Shown one piece after another: positions 1 to 12,314 of a stretch of 64,000 bases of DNA; position 1 is the first letter of the stretch, and each line of letters starts with the position of its first letter. Made by a program: the position numbers and the translations under genes. The notes under the pieces were generated by a model. It saw only the letters and a list, made by a program, of their open reading frames with translations. It was not told where the DNA came from and ran no database searches. The DNA lies in the NCBI GenBank assembly GCA_043228905.1, contig JBHGNT010000012.1:10354001-10418000 (forward strand). The letters are read 5' to 3'. The stretch comes from Azolla caroliniana. Its lineage: Eukaryota > Plantae > Polypodiophyta.

Positions 1-615
1 TCGACAAAACGGCTCATGTGGGGCCACCAAAAAGATCATTGCAATAGATCCAATGTCTTAGTACTACCGAAATGTCCCGCCGTATGGGTGTCGTGACAAT
101 TCTGGACAATTTGAAGGCGACAGGAGCAATCAGGGACATATACGCGCTTTTTAAAGAATAACAAATCATCATGATATTCGAATTGTCAGTAGTCAATACG
201 TGGTTGTTGAAACTGAGAACAAGATGTCCGAGAAGTATCAATGTGCGCCAGGATGTCTTGAGCAAAACTATCCGTCTTCAAGTTTGCACGTATGTCATTA
301 GTAATCCGTGAATCCATCAGGGTGTAAAAATCCACAATTAGCGCTAAGAGGCTAAGTACAAAGTCGCTAAGAGGCTTAAGACTGGCGTTGGACCAATTTG
401 GTTCAAAACAATGCCTTGTGCCTCCTTTTATAGTGTTTTTAGGAATAATCCTGAAGTTTCTAGAATGTTCCAGAGAGATCTGGAATATACATCAATTTTC
501 TATGATAAAACGTAAATGAAAATAATATCCTACAAATTACAATTCATAGTCTAATGGTAAGAGCTCAATCCATGTAGCATAAGGTCATGGGTTCGAGTCT
601 TGTCATATCATGACA
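1..615 (-). mobile_element. Tcn1-like chromovirus fragment: U3 part of an LTR (~365-615) joined by an internal deletion to an RH-INT linker / integrase zinc-finger piece (1-~320)
   Basis: 365-615 matches the LTRs at 41227-41668 and 46470-46935 and ends CATGACA. The minus strand of 1-200 reads like ...CHDTHTAGHFGSTKTLDL...FWWPH, as in the pol at 41661-43733. It interrupts a Copia gag at 615/616. Confidence 0.85.
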
Positions 616-1398
616 CTGGTTGTGGTGCTCGCGGCGAAAATCTTTTTCAAATTTCCCCAAGCATCCTTCGGCATCCTCACATCCCAAATGTAGCTCAAAA
701 GCGGGTCACTCACACAGGATGCGAAGTAGTAGAGAACTCTACTTGTTGCATGTTCCTAGGTCGGGAAATCTATGTGTGTTGTTTGGGTGTTGCGTCATTA
801 GCTCCATCGACATAACTCTAGTAGCCATGCCCGAGCAGGTTCTAGTGCATCTTGTACGACTAGGATATGTAGTTGCTTTTATCGTGCTTCTCCATCAGAA
901 GCGAGCTAGCCATTCCTCTGTCCATTCTTTCCTTCTTCTGTTCTTCACGGTGATTAGGGTTTGTCTGTTTGTCAGCAACAAAGGATCACAACCCTCGCGC
1001 TCTGATACCATGTAAAAGAATACGTGTGGAAGCTTAACAGACACAACCGAGTAACAACAGAAAAAAGACAAGAGACAAGGAAGGTTTAATGGAAAGCTTA
1101 ATCAACACAACGTACATGGGAGAGACAGAGAGTGTAGAACACAGAAAAACTCTATTCCAAAACAATACTCTAAAACTCTATACATAGGATGTGCTCAGAG
1201 AGAACTTTTATACAAGTCCATACGGACTGACCGAAGTACTGACACGTACCTCAATGGTCTTCAATGAGCCCCTACACTAACTCCCAAAATATATTCCTCT
1301 ACAAAATATCTATCCAACGGCCTCCTGGTTTACACACCGCTATGGCCTCTCGTTGCACACCCGGTTTACGAACCCAATGTTGAGCTTGTATCTCAACA
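616..1398 (-). mobile_element. Ty1/Copia 5' fragment: LTR 1011-1398, tRNA-iMet PBS 999-1010, decayed gag start (~913 down to 616)
   Basis: TG...CA LTR similar to 18012-18454; plus-strand GCTCTGATACCA is the PBS TGGTATCAGAGC on minus; a MASSL...Y.S.SYKMH gag N-terminus with stops follows. Confidence 0.9.
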
Positions 1399-1530
1399 AT
1401 GAAGGAATACAAAAGATAGAGTAGAAATTGCCCTCATTACTCAAGGACTAAGCTACTGCTTAGGGTTACCCCTAACTCAATAACAAAAACAATCACTTGT
1501 AAAATAATGTTAAACTTTTTAATTACCCCC

Positions 1531-2990
1531 AAAAAACTCCTTCCATTAGTTATAAAATTTTACAGATGAGAGTGTTATATACAAATCCATGTAGGGATGC
1601 GATAGTTCCATCTTATGTCGATGCCCACTGACTCAAGAAATGGAGAGGACAACCATTCTTGGATGAAGGCTAGTTGTTGTCTTTCAACTCCATTGGATTC
1701 GGCCGTGAGGCCATCATATTTTGGCTCTTTAGAGTGGCTACAAGTTCACTTCATATCTCTTGCATTAACATTACTTGATGCACGGTTTGATTGGAGAAGA
1801 CTCATCTACACTGTTGTTTCCATAGAATCCAAAGAGTTATCGGGCTAACCAATTCCAACACAACTTGAGTTTTGGCATTAATAGGAGTTGAGTGGATATT
1901 GCCGATGGTGTGAAAAAACCCCTCTTGTGCTTTTATCACCAAATTCATCCCCACTTGATGTTCGTACTTGTCAACTACTGTCTGCCATGATAACGAACAT
2001 ACATTTCCCCACTTGATTATGCCTTGCACTTGGCATAATTGCAATAGGCAGCTAACTCCTCGCCATATTCGATGGGTCTCTGAGCAGCCCACAAAGCATG
2101 TCAGATTGATTTTGTTGCATTTGAACACGTTACACAATTAGGAGAGCGAAGATTCCAACACTACCACGCTCCAACCATTAGTGACCTATGTATTAATAGT
2201 CATCGGAACGTGCTAATTTTCCTAGGGTCTTGTTGTTTCTATATTTCCTGCCAAAACATAGTGATAATTGTATGAGGAACATGATTTGTGTGCCATACCT
2301 TTGCAGCAATCGACTCTCGAACAGTTTGAGCGGCCAGAATGTGGCGACCCAATCTAGTCTTGAATTGGAAGAAAGGGATGACTTTGCTTCCTCGACCTGC
2401 ATAAGGATGGCACCACGTCCGTTTCAAATAGTCCCAAGTACACATGTGCCATTCTTGTTGTACATTGATTGGATGAGGATCTACAATCCATTTATGACCG
2501 GTATATGCGAGTACTCGAATTGCCATATTCAATGTTGGTGTCTCATTTTCTAACAATTCATGGCCTTCGATCATGTCCGGTGTTTCCCTACCTTTTGGGA
2601 TCAAAAAGCCCTCCTCCTCGTAGCCTATCCACTTCTCCATTGTTGTCTTTTGATTAGCAGCTTCCCTAACCAATAGAGCGATAATAATTTCAGATCTCAT
2701 AGTCCATCCGCTCCTGATTCCATGGAGTATGGTCGCTTTGGGCAGTATAGGCAATGACATAAACCATCTCTAACATTCTATACTCTTTCCTGAACCTTCT
2801 ACAATGCATCCCCATGACAACCCCTTACTTGGTCAAGTTCATTGACTAGATTGATCTTTGATACATGGGTTCCACAAGATGTGTTGACTGAGCGAAGAAA
2901 GTTGGGAATTAGGTTGATTGCACTTGATCCCTCGTCTTATGTCACACCACGCCTTCCACATGGATGCACTAAATCTATCCTATGTTAAAC
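1531..2990 (-). mobile_element. Decayed L1-like LINE, 3' part of ORF2 (zf-RVT-like region) plus 3' UTR
   Basis: Trp-rich ORF pieces (2239-2760; C..C...E...H.lw.C motif near 2080-2150); close paralogue at 8848-10060. The 5' boundary is approximate. Confidence 0.7.
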
Positions 2991-2999
2991 ACTTATATT

Positions 3000-3360
3000 C
3001 ACTCTTACAAACTAGCCATGAATAACATTACACTAATTGACATATTCCTTTAAGTGGTTGACATTTGTTTTATGGCCAAAGTATTAATTTCATAGAATAC
3101 CTTTCTTACATTTACATCTTATGCCCCCAACTTAGCTATCCTTTCTTTTTATAGATTTATATTGTTTGACATACATATCTAGTTATTCAAGGTTACATGT
3201 TCCTCTAACTCTTACAAACTAGCCATGAATGACCTTACAGTAATTGACATCTTTCCTTTAAGTGTTTGATCATTTTTTTATGGCCAAGTATTAATTTCCC
3301 AAAATACCTTTCTTACATTTACATCTTATGTCCCAACTTTGGATTTATATTGTTTCACAT
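3000..3360. repeat. Local tandem duplication, unit ~207 bp, second copy partly deleted
   Basis: ACTCTTACAAACTAGCCATGAAT occurs at ~3001 and ~3208 with similar downstream sequence. Confidence 0.85.
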
Positions 3361-4559
3361 ATGCTAACTCAAACCAAAACTTGGAGAATCCATCGCGGGA
3401 GACGTTAAATCACAAACCTAATAAGGCTATAAAGCAATTTTACCATTAAATGATGACTATAAAGATTGAAGGTAGGGAAATTATTAGGTCAAATATATAC
3501 AACATCTTATATGATGCACATTGTACCTTGCAACACATTAATCATATTATAAGGTAATAAAAGCTACACACTGGCTTCTACTTTGTTTTATTAATTTATA
3601 TTGTGATAATGGCATGGCATTGTTGTCTCCCATTCACATATACTTTAAAATGTTAAAGGATTAATTGTAATTCAATTCTACGTTGCTTTCATTTGCCATA
3701 GTTAAAATTCTGGTTGCATCTTATTCATGTGTTTTCTATGTTTCATTTTTTTTACCATCAATTACGTGGTACATTGCGAAATGTTTACAAAGTCATTACC
3801 CAAATCAGTGAATGATTATGCCTATATATCAACATTCCCACTCAAACTATTATTTCCAATTTTCAAATTAAACAAGTTTCTTCTAAGTCAATCTTTGCTC
3901 TTTATGATAGATGCATTCAGTTTCTTGTTTTTTAATTAATGCTTCGTCATTGAATGATTTTTGCAACAATTATGTGTTGTATCTTGCCTTTTCTATAATA
4001 TAGATTCCTCTTGAAAGAAATATGCTCGTTTGTTCAATGTTTATTTGTGAATAATAATTTCTTATTTACTCAAATCGGATTGTTATTAGAAGTTTACATT
4101 TTCATTTGGTCATGACATCCTCGACTTCTGACCTCTTCTATATTGAATGGTTAGTTTGTTGAAATTTGTGATCAAGCATACGATCAACATTTGTGGTCAT
4201 ATGAATGACTCATATAATCTTATGTCATATGTATGATCCAATCACACATTTTATGCTCAACAAAATCCTTTCAGGAAAGTTCACTGCATTGGCAATGATC
4301 AATCAAATAAATACACCTTTCAAGAAGGGGGATTCCTAAATAATGGGGCATTTGAACTAAATATTATGTATGGGTTAGAGATATCTTCTTGTAAAATCTC
4401 TTACAAGTAGGTATGTTGTATGGGCAAGTTCAAGAAAATGTAATATTATGAAGTTATTGTGCAATAACTCAATTTGACCGAAGGATGTCACCATGGTTGA
4501 GGTTATGAAAATGGTAATACAACTCTTAATATATGTATACTTATATTACATGTTTTTTC

Positions 4560-5528
4560 CAATTAAGTCTTCAGTTAATTTTCGGGAGGCAAATTATCCT
4601 AAAACAAGAACACCAAGATATTGCAGCTCGTAAATTTTGGATACAAGAGGGCATTAGTGAAAGGAGATTAGCTAAATTTTGGAAAATGACATGGCAAGAT
4701 AATGATGTGCTTATGGCTTATTGTGCATAGAGCCTTGCTAGTAGGGGCATGGGCTAAAGGCCCCAATGTAGACCCAAGATGTAGTGCATGTGGACAAATA
4801 GAAAGCATTTCCCATTGTCTTTGGGAATGTCATGAGGCAACGGTAGTATGGAGAAGGGCATTACGATTGCTTTGCCATGCCTCTAGCTCATTTACCCTCA
4901 ATTGGGGACATGCTTGTTGGAATTGTCTTGATGATGACGTAGAGAATTTTGATAGCACATGTACAACTATGTACAGAGGGGAGAATGGAACTATTCGAGT
5001 GATCGTTGGTAACAGTGCACCTAGAAGTAATGCCCAAAAGCAGAAAATTGTAGATCTATGGATGTTGCTAGCACCCATTATCATATGGAACATTTGGACC
5101 GCAAGATGTACCAGGGTATTTTCAGCAAACAAACAGCCTCCAGCAGAATCTATTAAGCTAATATGGCACATGCTAATAACTACATTGAGGGCCCAATATG
5201 AGCGGATTGATGGAACAGATGATGCTTCAGATTTAATGAGGCTGAAATTCAGAAAACGATGGTGTACTACACCGATGGCTACAGAAATTGGAGTGGAGAT
5301 ACGATGGCAGTACGTAGTACTGAGATGGTTGTTCCCCCCTCCCATTAGATGATAGAGGGGCGTGAATGACATGACACACATGGAGAACAAACAGGTGGGC
5401 TATTTAGTGTAAGATAAATAAGTGATGTAGTCCATATGGAAGTAGGTAATGTCTGAAGTTGTGTATTGTATGTCATTTTAACTAATGGAGTATATTCTTC
5501 TTTTGGAAAAAAAAAAAAACAAAAAAAC
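4560..5528 (+). mobile_element. 5'-truncated L1-like LINE: zf-RVT C-terminus, 3' UTR and poly(A) tail
   Basis: ORF 4702-5352 has CSACGQIESISHCLWEC and IIWNIWTARC..VF motifs typical of plant L1 ORF2 ends; A-rich tail at ~5507-5528. Confidence 0.8.
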
Positions 5529-7406
5529 AAGAGGTTATATTATGAACTTATGAATACCTAATTAAAATTGCCCACAATGCGTTAACTCTTCACTTAACTT
5601 AAGTTGCATGTACAAAAATACCATATGAAGTAAACAAGAGCTTATATTATGAAGATATGATTTATTAATTCGAATTTATATAAAAAGATATCCATCGTAG
5701 GATACCACTATCAACTTTGAACAACCAAGATACTCAAATTCTAAATTTCAAGTCAATTCCACATGAAACAATGGTCATATTGTTATCAATATCTTGTCTA
5801 CCAATGACATGCTTGCTTGAATGAGTGTGTGCGTTTAAATTCGAAAACCACACTAGACCCATAGACTAAATACAAATTCCTCATTGTCCACCTTTGTAGA
5901 GATGAAGAATAATCCTAATTTTTGAACTCATAAAAATATGTGAATATTTTCCATGCATTGTGTGTGAATGAATGATTTTATTGTTTCACATACACATGTA
6001 CATATTATTCCTAGAGAAAATGAAATATATGAAACGATATGTTCTACATTGTTTCACAATAGAAGTTTGGGTTCTGTGAATTCGGTTTAACTTATATGAA
6101 TAATGAAACAATGGGTGCATCCACATATGCCATTTGGTTGTATGAAGAATGAGATATAAGGTCAATGATCTCAATATTCCATTCACATGGCATGAGCATT
6201 GAGATCCCAAATTCTACTTTTAGTGCATATTTCGTTCAATTTACAGAAAACTTGTTTGCTATCACCTCTAACTTCAGATAAGACAAACAAATGAGAGAAA
6301 CGACCATCATATGCAGATCTTCATATTGACTAACTTTTGAAAATTGTGTAATGTTTTCTTGACTTATTGCAAGTGATTAGGTTCCAAAAGATAGATGAAT
6401 CTTATGTACAGAAATTTCTCATCATTCCACTCAAATTTGGAGTTGATAGATACACATCCTTTGTCAAATGAGACAAGTAGTTTGAAATTCGATGTTGTTT
6501 GTATATGTGCCTAAAAGTGCAAACCATGCATTTTAGAGATTCCTATTGATATGACTCAGAATGAGTTATTCTATTTATATAGGTCTACATTACATATAAT
6601 AGAGAGATAAAATACACTCAGAATCATATTTGCAAAAATTAATGGTTTGGTTTCGAGGCAAAGAAACCGAACCGGGCCCATTGCTACATATAATCAATGT
6701 TTTTAATGTTCATTACACATATTATCAAAGAAAACTAAAATGACATGTTTACCCTCAATCCTCGTAATGCATGAGACAAACACATCACAACAATATATCT
6801 TTGGGTACATGGTTTATTTCTTTGCAATATTAACTCTAGGCAATAAATATCTTAACGTAGGATACCAATAAGTGTGACATGCTTTTCTAAAGTAGTGTAT
6901 AGAATATTCTTCTATTGCTGGATGGTTTTAGTTTTGTAGTTTTGCCTTTAAGGCAATGGTATTATTTTCAACCCTTGGGTTATGGAGAATGATTTGCATA
7001 GCAAATTTTTTAGGAATAGTTGTTAATGTACATCATTTCGAACTTGAAATCTAAATGACTTTATAACCCATTATTGAGATGGGAATCAATGACCTTAATT
7101 GAGGTTGTGACGGATAAGTTCAACAATACATAAACATTGAATCTATAAGCAAAAGTATGTATATGTCCTGTACAAATGTGATACCTGACATTGTGTAATG
7201 TCATTGCTATTAATCTCAAATACTATAGAAAATGTACCACCCCTTTCAAAGAAATTGAAGTTTTGATAACTCATAGAATTAGGAAAATCACTACAACTAA
7301 GAGACACTATGTGTTTCCCATGAAATGATATGTTTACAATGAACATGGAATTCTAGGGTTGTTCATTAACTATTTGTATCTATTATAGTTAGAACTTAGG
7401 AACCAA

Positions 7407-7835
7407 TGTATATTTTTCTAACTCAGTCTAGTAAATAAAAATAAAAATGGCACAATTGGAATAGGGTGCAAACCTTTTTTGTACAAACTTTTAAAAATAA
7501 AAATGGTGCAAGTCTGTCTCTCAATGTGAGTATTCTATAACCAGAGATTGGATTATGGGAAATGTGAATGTATATATGTAGGTTGAATGATTGAGCATTA
7601 GAACAATATGAATAATGAAGTGTATATTTTTCTAACTCAGTCTAGTAAATAAAAATAAAAATGGCACAATTGGAATAGGATGCAAACCTTTTTTGTACAA
7701 ACCTTTAAAAATAAAAATTGTACAAGTTTGTCTCTCAATGTGAATATTCTATAACTAGAGATTGGATTATGGGAAATGTGAATGTATATCTGTAGGTTGA
7801 ATGATTGAGCATAAGAACAATATGAATAATGAAGT
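7407..7835. repeat. Tandem duplication of 2 x 214 bp
   Basis: TGTATATTTTTCTAACTCAGTCTAGTAAAT occurs at 7407 and 7621; the two units are nearly identical. Confidence 0.92.
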
Positions 7836-8847
7836 GGCAACACATAAAGCAATAATCGTCGCTCTTCCAAACTGGATCATAATCATGTGGGTAATATTTC
7901 CATGTAGATGGAAGACGTGGCAATATTGGGGCCATACACAAAACTACCTTTGATTCTATGGCCTTAACCATGAGGACCACCACCTCATGAAAGTACCTTG
8001 TCTTATAGAAACATTATTACTTTTCTGTATTTTAAAACCTTCAAAATAGATTTTTCTCTATGAAACAAATAAAATGTAGGATTGTTTCAGGGTAACATGT
8101 GCAATGTGGGTTTATTTGGTTGGAGTGTCAAAATCCCTTTTTTAGTGGTTGTTTGTTCTAATGGAGTTAACATTACCTTATCTGCATTTTTTGGATTGTG
8201 TTTCTATTACTTTGGTATTGGGGATAATGTGGAATGCCTTTGGGTTTCATTGGTTAATATAGGTTTCAAAGACAAATTCCTCGATTAAAATGCATATTGG
8301 TATGCCAATTAGATTATTAGGTTTGTGGAACATCTTGTTTACCAATTATACAAGTTGTCGTCCTTGACGATGTTGTAGATCCCATTAGTAAAATAATAAG
8401 CAATGAAGAAGTTGTTCTCTAGAATGTAGTACATCATGGTTTTGTTAATAGATAATGTGGTGCTTTTTGCAAATACTTTAGGAGAAGCACAAAGCTTATG
8501 AAGACATTGGAAGAGTTTTGTATGCACATTAAGTGTCAATAGCTTTAAAATGAGCATTATACTTGTGAAGAGACAAAAGAAGTATAAACTATGCTTTATG
8601 TACAATAACGAACCACTTGTGGGTATGGAAAAGAGCATATTATGCATTTGATAACACATGAAATGGTGGAGAAATTAAATATTTGGGTCTTCAAGAAATA
8701 CCTTTTTGATACTTTAGTGACATTAGTGCATTTGAATAGTGTGGAAGTTCAGACATAGAAGTTTAAGTGATTAAATTTCACCAATTTCAGGTTAATAAGG
8801 CTTGATGACTAACTATGCAAGTCTTTCACATTCTTTTTAAAAAAAAA

Positions 8848-10060
8848 GAAAACTCCTTCCATTAGTTACGAAAATTTTACAGATGAGAATGTTATATACA
8901 AACCCTAGTAGGGAAGCGATACTTCCATCTTATGTGCAGGCCCATTGACTCAAGAAAGGGAAAGGACGACCATTTTTGGATGATGACCAATTGTTGTCTT
9001 TCGCTTCATCGGTTCCGCCCTTGAGGCCATCGTATTGGCTCTTGAGCGTGGCTACGACTTCACTCCATATCTCCTCCAATAACATCCCCTGATGCACGGT
9101 TTTATTGGAGAAAACTTGCCTACACCGCTATTGTTAGAGAATCCAAGTGTTATTAGGCTGATCAATTCTAGCACGACTCGAGCTTTGGCATTAATGGGAA
9201 TACATCCCGCAATAATAAGGTCTTTGATCAAAACCAACTACATGAAGTTAGCTTCTTTAAGAAATCCCTTAGGCAATCTCTATTTGATTGTCTGCAACTT
9301 AGAGACATCACACTCCAAATTTACAACCTTTACTTTGAGTGCTTTTAAGCTCTTTAGTGTCTAATCGACACTCGTATATTTTTCTTTATTCTTTGTGGGT
9401 TTTCACCTCACTTTGAGGTTTCCCACTAGTAATAAAAGTGTTACTAAAAAAAAAAGAGTGAAGTGGATATTGTCAGTGGTGGAAAACGATATCTCTTGTG
9501 CCTTTATCACCAACGTCATCCCCTCCTCTTGGTGTTTGTATCTATCAACTTGGGCCTATCATGATAACCAACATACATTCCCCCACTTGATTGTGCCTTG
9601 TACTTGGCATAATTGCAATAGACGGCCAACTCCCTACCATATTTGATGGGTCTCTAGGCAGTCCCAAAGAGCATGTCAAATTGATTTTGTTGCATTGGCG
9701 CATGGTACACAACTAGGAGAGCTAAAGATCCCACGCTGCCACGCTCCAAGCAATAGTGACCTATGTATTGATAGCCATTGGAACAGGGTAATTCGCCCAA
9801 CATATTGTTGTTTCCATATATGTTGCCAAAACTTGGTAATAGTTGTATGGGGAAGAGTGTGCCATATCTTTGTAGTAGTCCATTCTTTTTTGGTTTGCAG
9901 AGCTGGGATGTGGCGATCCAATCTAGTTGTGAATTGGATGAAGGGGATGGCTTTGCTTCCTTGGCCTGCATAAGGATCACGTCACGACCATTGCAAAGGG
10001 TCACACCTAACCTTACGTAGCCATGTGGTTTCATCAGTACATATGTGTCATTCTAGTTGT
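8848..10060 (-). mobile_element. Second copy of the L1-like LINE 3' end, with a ~260 bp insertion (~9199-9455)
   Basis: Shares AAAACTCCTTCCATTAGTTA...ACAGATGAGA with 1533 and is colinear with 1531-2450 except for the insert. Confidence 0.75.
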
Positions 10061-10097
10061 AAGTCTTTTACATTCTTATCATACTTCTAATAATAAA

Positions 10098-10335
10098 TGG
10101 GAAAATATATCCATGAATTTCATTGTTAAATGATCATGCACTCAAAAAGACCATGATGCCATTTGGATGATTGTTGGTAGATTAACAAAATTGGCTACAA
10201 CAAAAACAATCATAATAGTTCAAGTCTTGGGTTACCAATTTGTTCATGATTTATTCCACCTCCATGGGTTATCAACGGATATAGTTAGTGACAAAGATAC
10301 TAAGTTTAGTAGTGATTTCTAGACGCTAGTCTATA
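10098..10335 (+). pseudogene. Ty3/Gypsy integrase core fragment
   Basis: Reads WENISMNFIV...DAIWMIVGRLTKLA...FHLHGLSTDIVSDKDTKFSSDF. Confidence 0.75.
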
Positions 10336-10686
10336 ACCTGAGGAACAAATGATTTTGCCAATGTCAATGCCCGAGTTGTGTTAACTCGACAACTCGTTTG
10401 ATCACACCCTAAAGGTGACCAAGTAAATGTAAACTAGTTTTTCCCTAAATTGAAACTTTTTCATTTTTCTAAAAACAATCAAATCACATGACCACAACTA
10501 AACATAAGATATGTGAATTGGATAACCTAGTTCGACATGCTAATGGACACACTAGTGTGGGAAATGAAGGTTTATCTATTTTATATTGCCTCATTTTTAG
10601 GCTTATAAACTAAGAAATCTTGTATGAAAACAAATAGATAAATAAATATTTTTGAAAGCACTTGTGTATTGTCTATGTGTGTATAA

Positions 10687-11256
10687 TTAGTTAGCCCAAT
10701 TTGCTCTGTTTTGTTCGGCTTGCTCAGTTTGTTCTTCTTGATCGGCTTGCTCATTCTGCTCTTCACTCGTGTTGGCATCGTTGAGGTCAACTCGTTTGGT
10801 TTTGGCTCCTTCCATCTGTCTTTTTTCTGATTGAATCCTTTCTCTTCCGTAGGCCTCTAATTCCATTGCAAATTGCATTTATTCATTTTCAAATTCCCCT
10901 AGGAATTTCTTTATTTCAGTCGAATGAATCTGAGCCAAAGAGTAATAATCCTTCATAAGAACTTCCTAGATTTTGTTAATGTTACTTTTGTCCATCTTAT
11001 AGAAACCCCTGCCCTCTTTTAACCGATTTTCTTGGTCGGCCCAAAACGTTTGTAACTCAAGAGCTTTAGTTGACCACTCTCGCCAACCTGTTATCAAGCT
11101 GTCTTCAATTCTTTTCTGTAGTCGACATCTATGACTTTTGACTATTCGCTTGATTCTTTCTACACCCATTTCGGTTTTAGTAAACTGTTAAGTTCTTGCC
11201 ATTCAACTTTTAACTTTTCTTATTCGTAGCTGATTCTGACTACATCTCATACCTCT
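10687..11256 (-). pseudogene. Decayed coiled-coil ORF homologous to the C-terminus of the Gypsy extra ORF at 36050-36802
   Basis: MGVERIKRIV..IEDSLITGWREWSTKALELQ..DQENRLKEGRGFYKMDK aligns by eye with MGLERIRCIV..IEDNSVVWWSKWAKHAAELQ..DAENWQKEGDEFYKLEK. Confidence 0.7.
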
Positions 11257-11945
11257 TGTTGAGTGACAAGCTCATCATGAGCCGAATCGGCTAAAGGCTG
11301 AAAGACCGAGTTAGCTGAAGAAGTCGAAAACCGGATCATTTGAGGAGAGTCAGCTGAAGAAGCCGACAGCCGAATCAGCTGGGAGCCGGTAGGCTATTAG
11401 GGGCTTACATTCCTATTTTAGTAATAGGAATATTATAGGAATTTTAGTGTTAGAGCTCACTTATGAGCATTAAAGTACTTGTCAGTACTTGTGTCAGCCC
11501 ATTATTAGGAGCTTGTATAAAAAGTGCTCTATAATACTGTATGCACACAATATTATGGAATTGAGTTTTATGTTGTCTGCTCTCTCTCTCTCTCTCTCAT
11601 ATTGTGTACTCTCTATTTTACCTAACTACATATTGTTGTCTGGCTTAGTTGGCTATGTTTGTTGTTTACAAGTTTCCGCACACGCAAATCTTTACATGGT
11701 ATCAGAGCGGGTGGGTTGATAAGAATCTTGCTGACTAGCGTACTTGCACAGACAAGTATTCGCCTTCCGAATAGAAAAATAAAAGTGACAGGAACATCAA
11801 TAGAGCAATGGGTAGCTCCCTGCCAACAAAAAAACTCAACAGGAGCAACTATGCATCTTGGGCATACAAGATGCACCACCACCTTCTTGGACATGTGTAT
11901 TGGAGTTACGTGGAAGAAGCAGATGATGTAGCATCGGAGTGGATA
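11257..11945 (+). mobile_element. Ty1/Copia 5' fragment: LTR 11257-11696, tRNA-iMet PBS 11697-11708, gag start 11808-~11940
   Basis: TGTTGAG...TTTACA followed by TGGTATCAGAGC; gag reads MGSSLPTKKLNRSNYASWAYKMH. Confidence 0.9.
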
Positions 11946-12314
11946 TGAGGAGCAAGGTAGAAATAAAAGCTCATAGTTTCCTCGTCCGATGTCCACATTA
12001 GAAAAGAAAAGATTTATAAGAAAGCTAACATGAAGAGCTTTCCCAAAATGTCTTGCATGTGAAAATTAAGATTATAAAAGAGAAATAGCAATGAAAAGAA
12101 AACTCGAATCATATAGAAAAAGCTTGTTTTGGAAAAAGAAGAAGAAGCACGAAATAGAAAACCTATAAATAAAGAGGTTATTCTTAAGAAGCGGGGGAGA
12201 GGAAAAAGTGAAGGGAAGCTCTATAGAATTGGGAAACAAAAGAGGAATTATCAACATCAAGAATCAAGGATCTCCTAGTTCTACACTCCACTCACTTCTT
12301 TAAAAAATTTACAA

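Noticed and set aside
4702-5352. Host zinc-finger gene
   Set aside because: Motifs and the downstream poly(A) fit the 3' end of an L1 ORF2.
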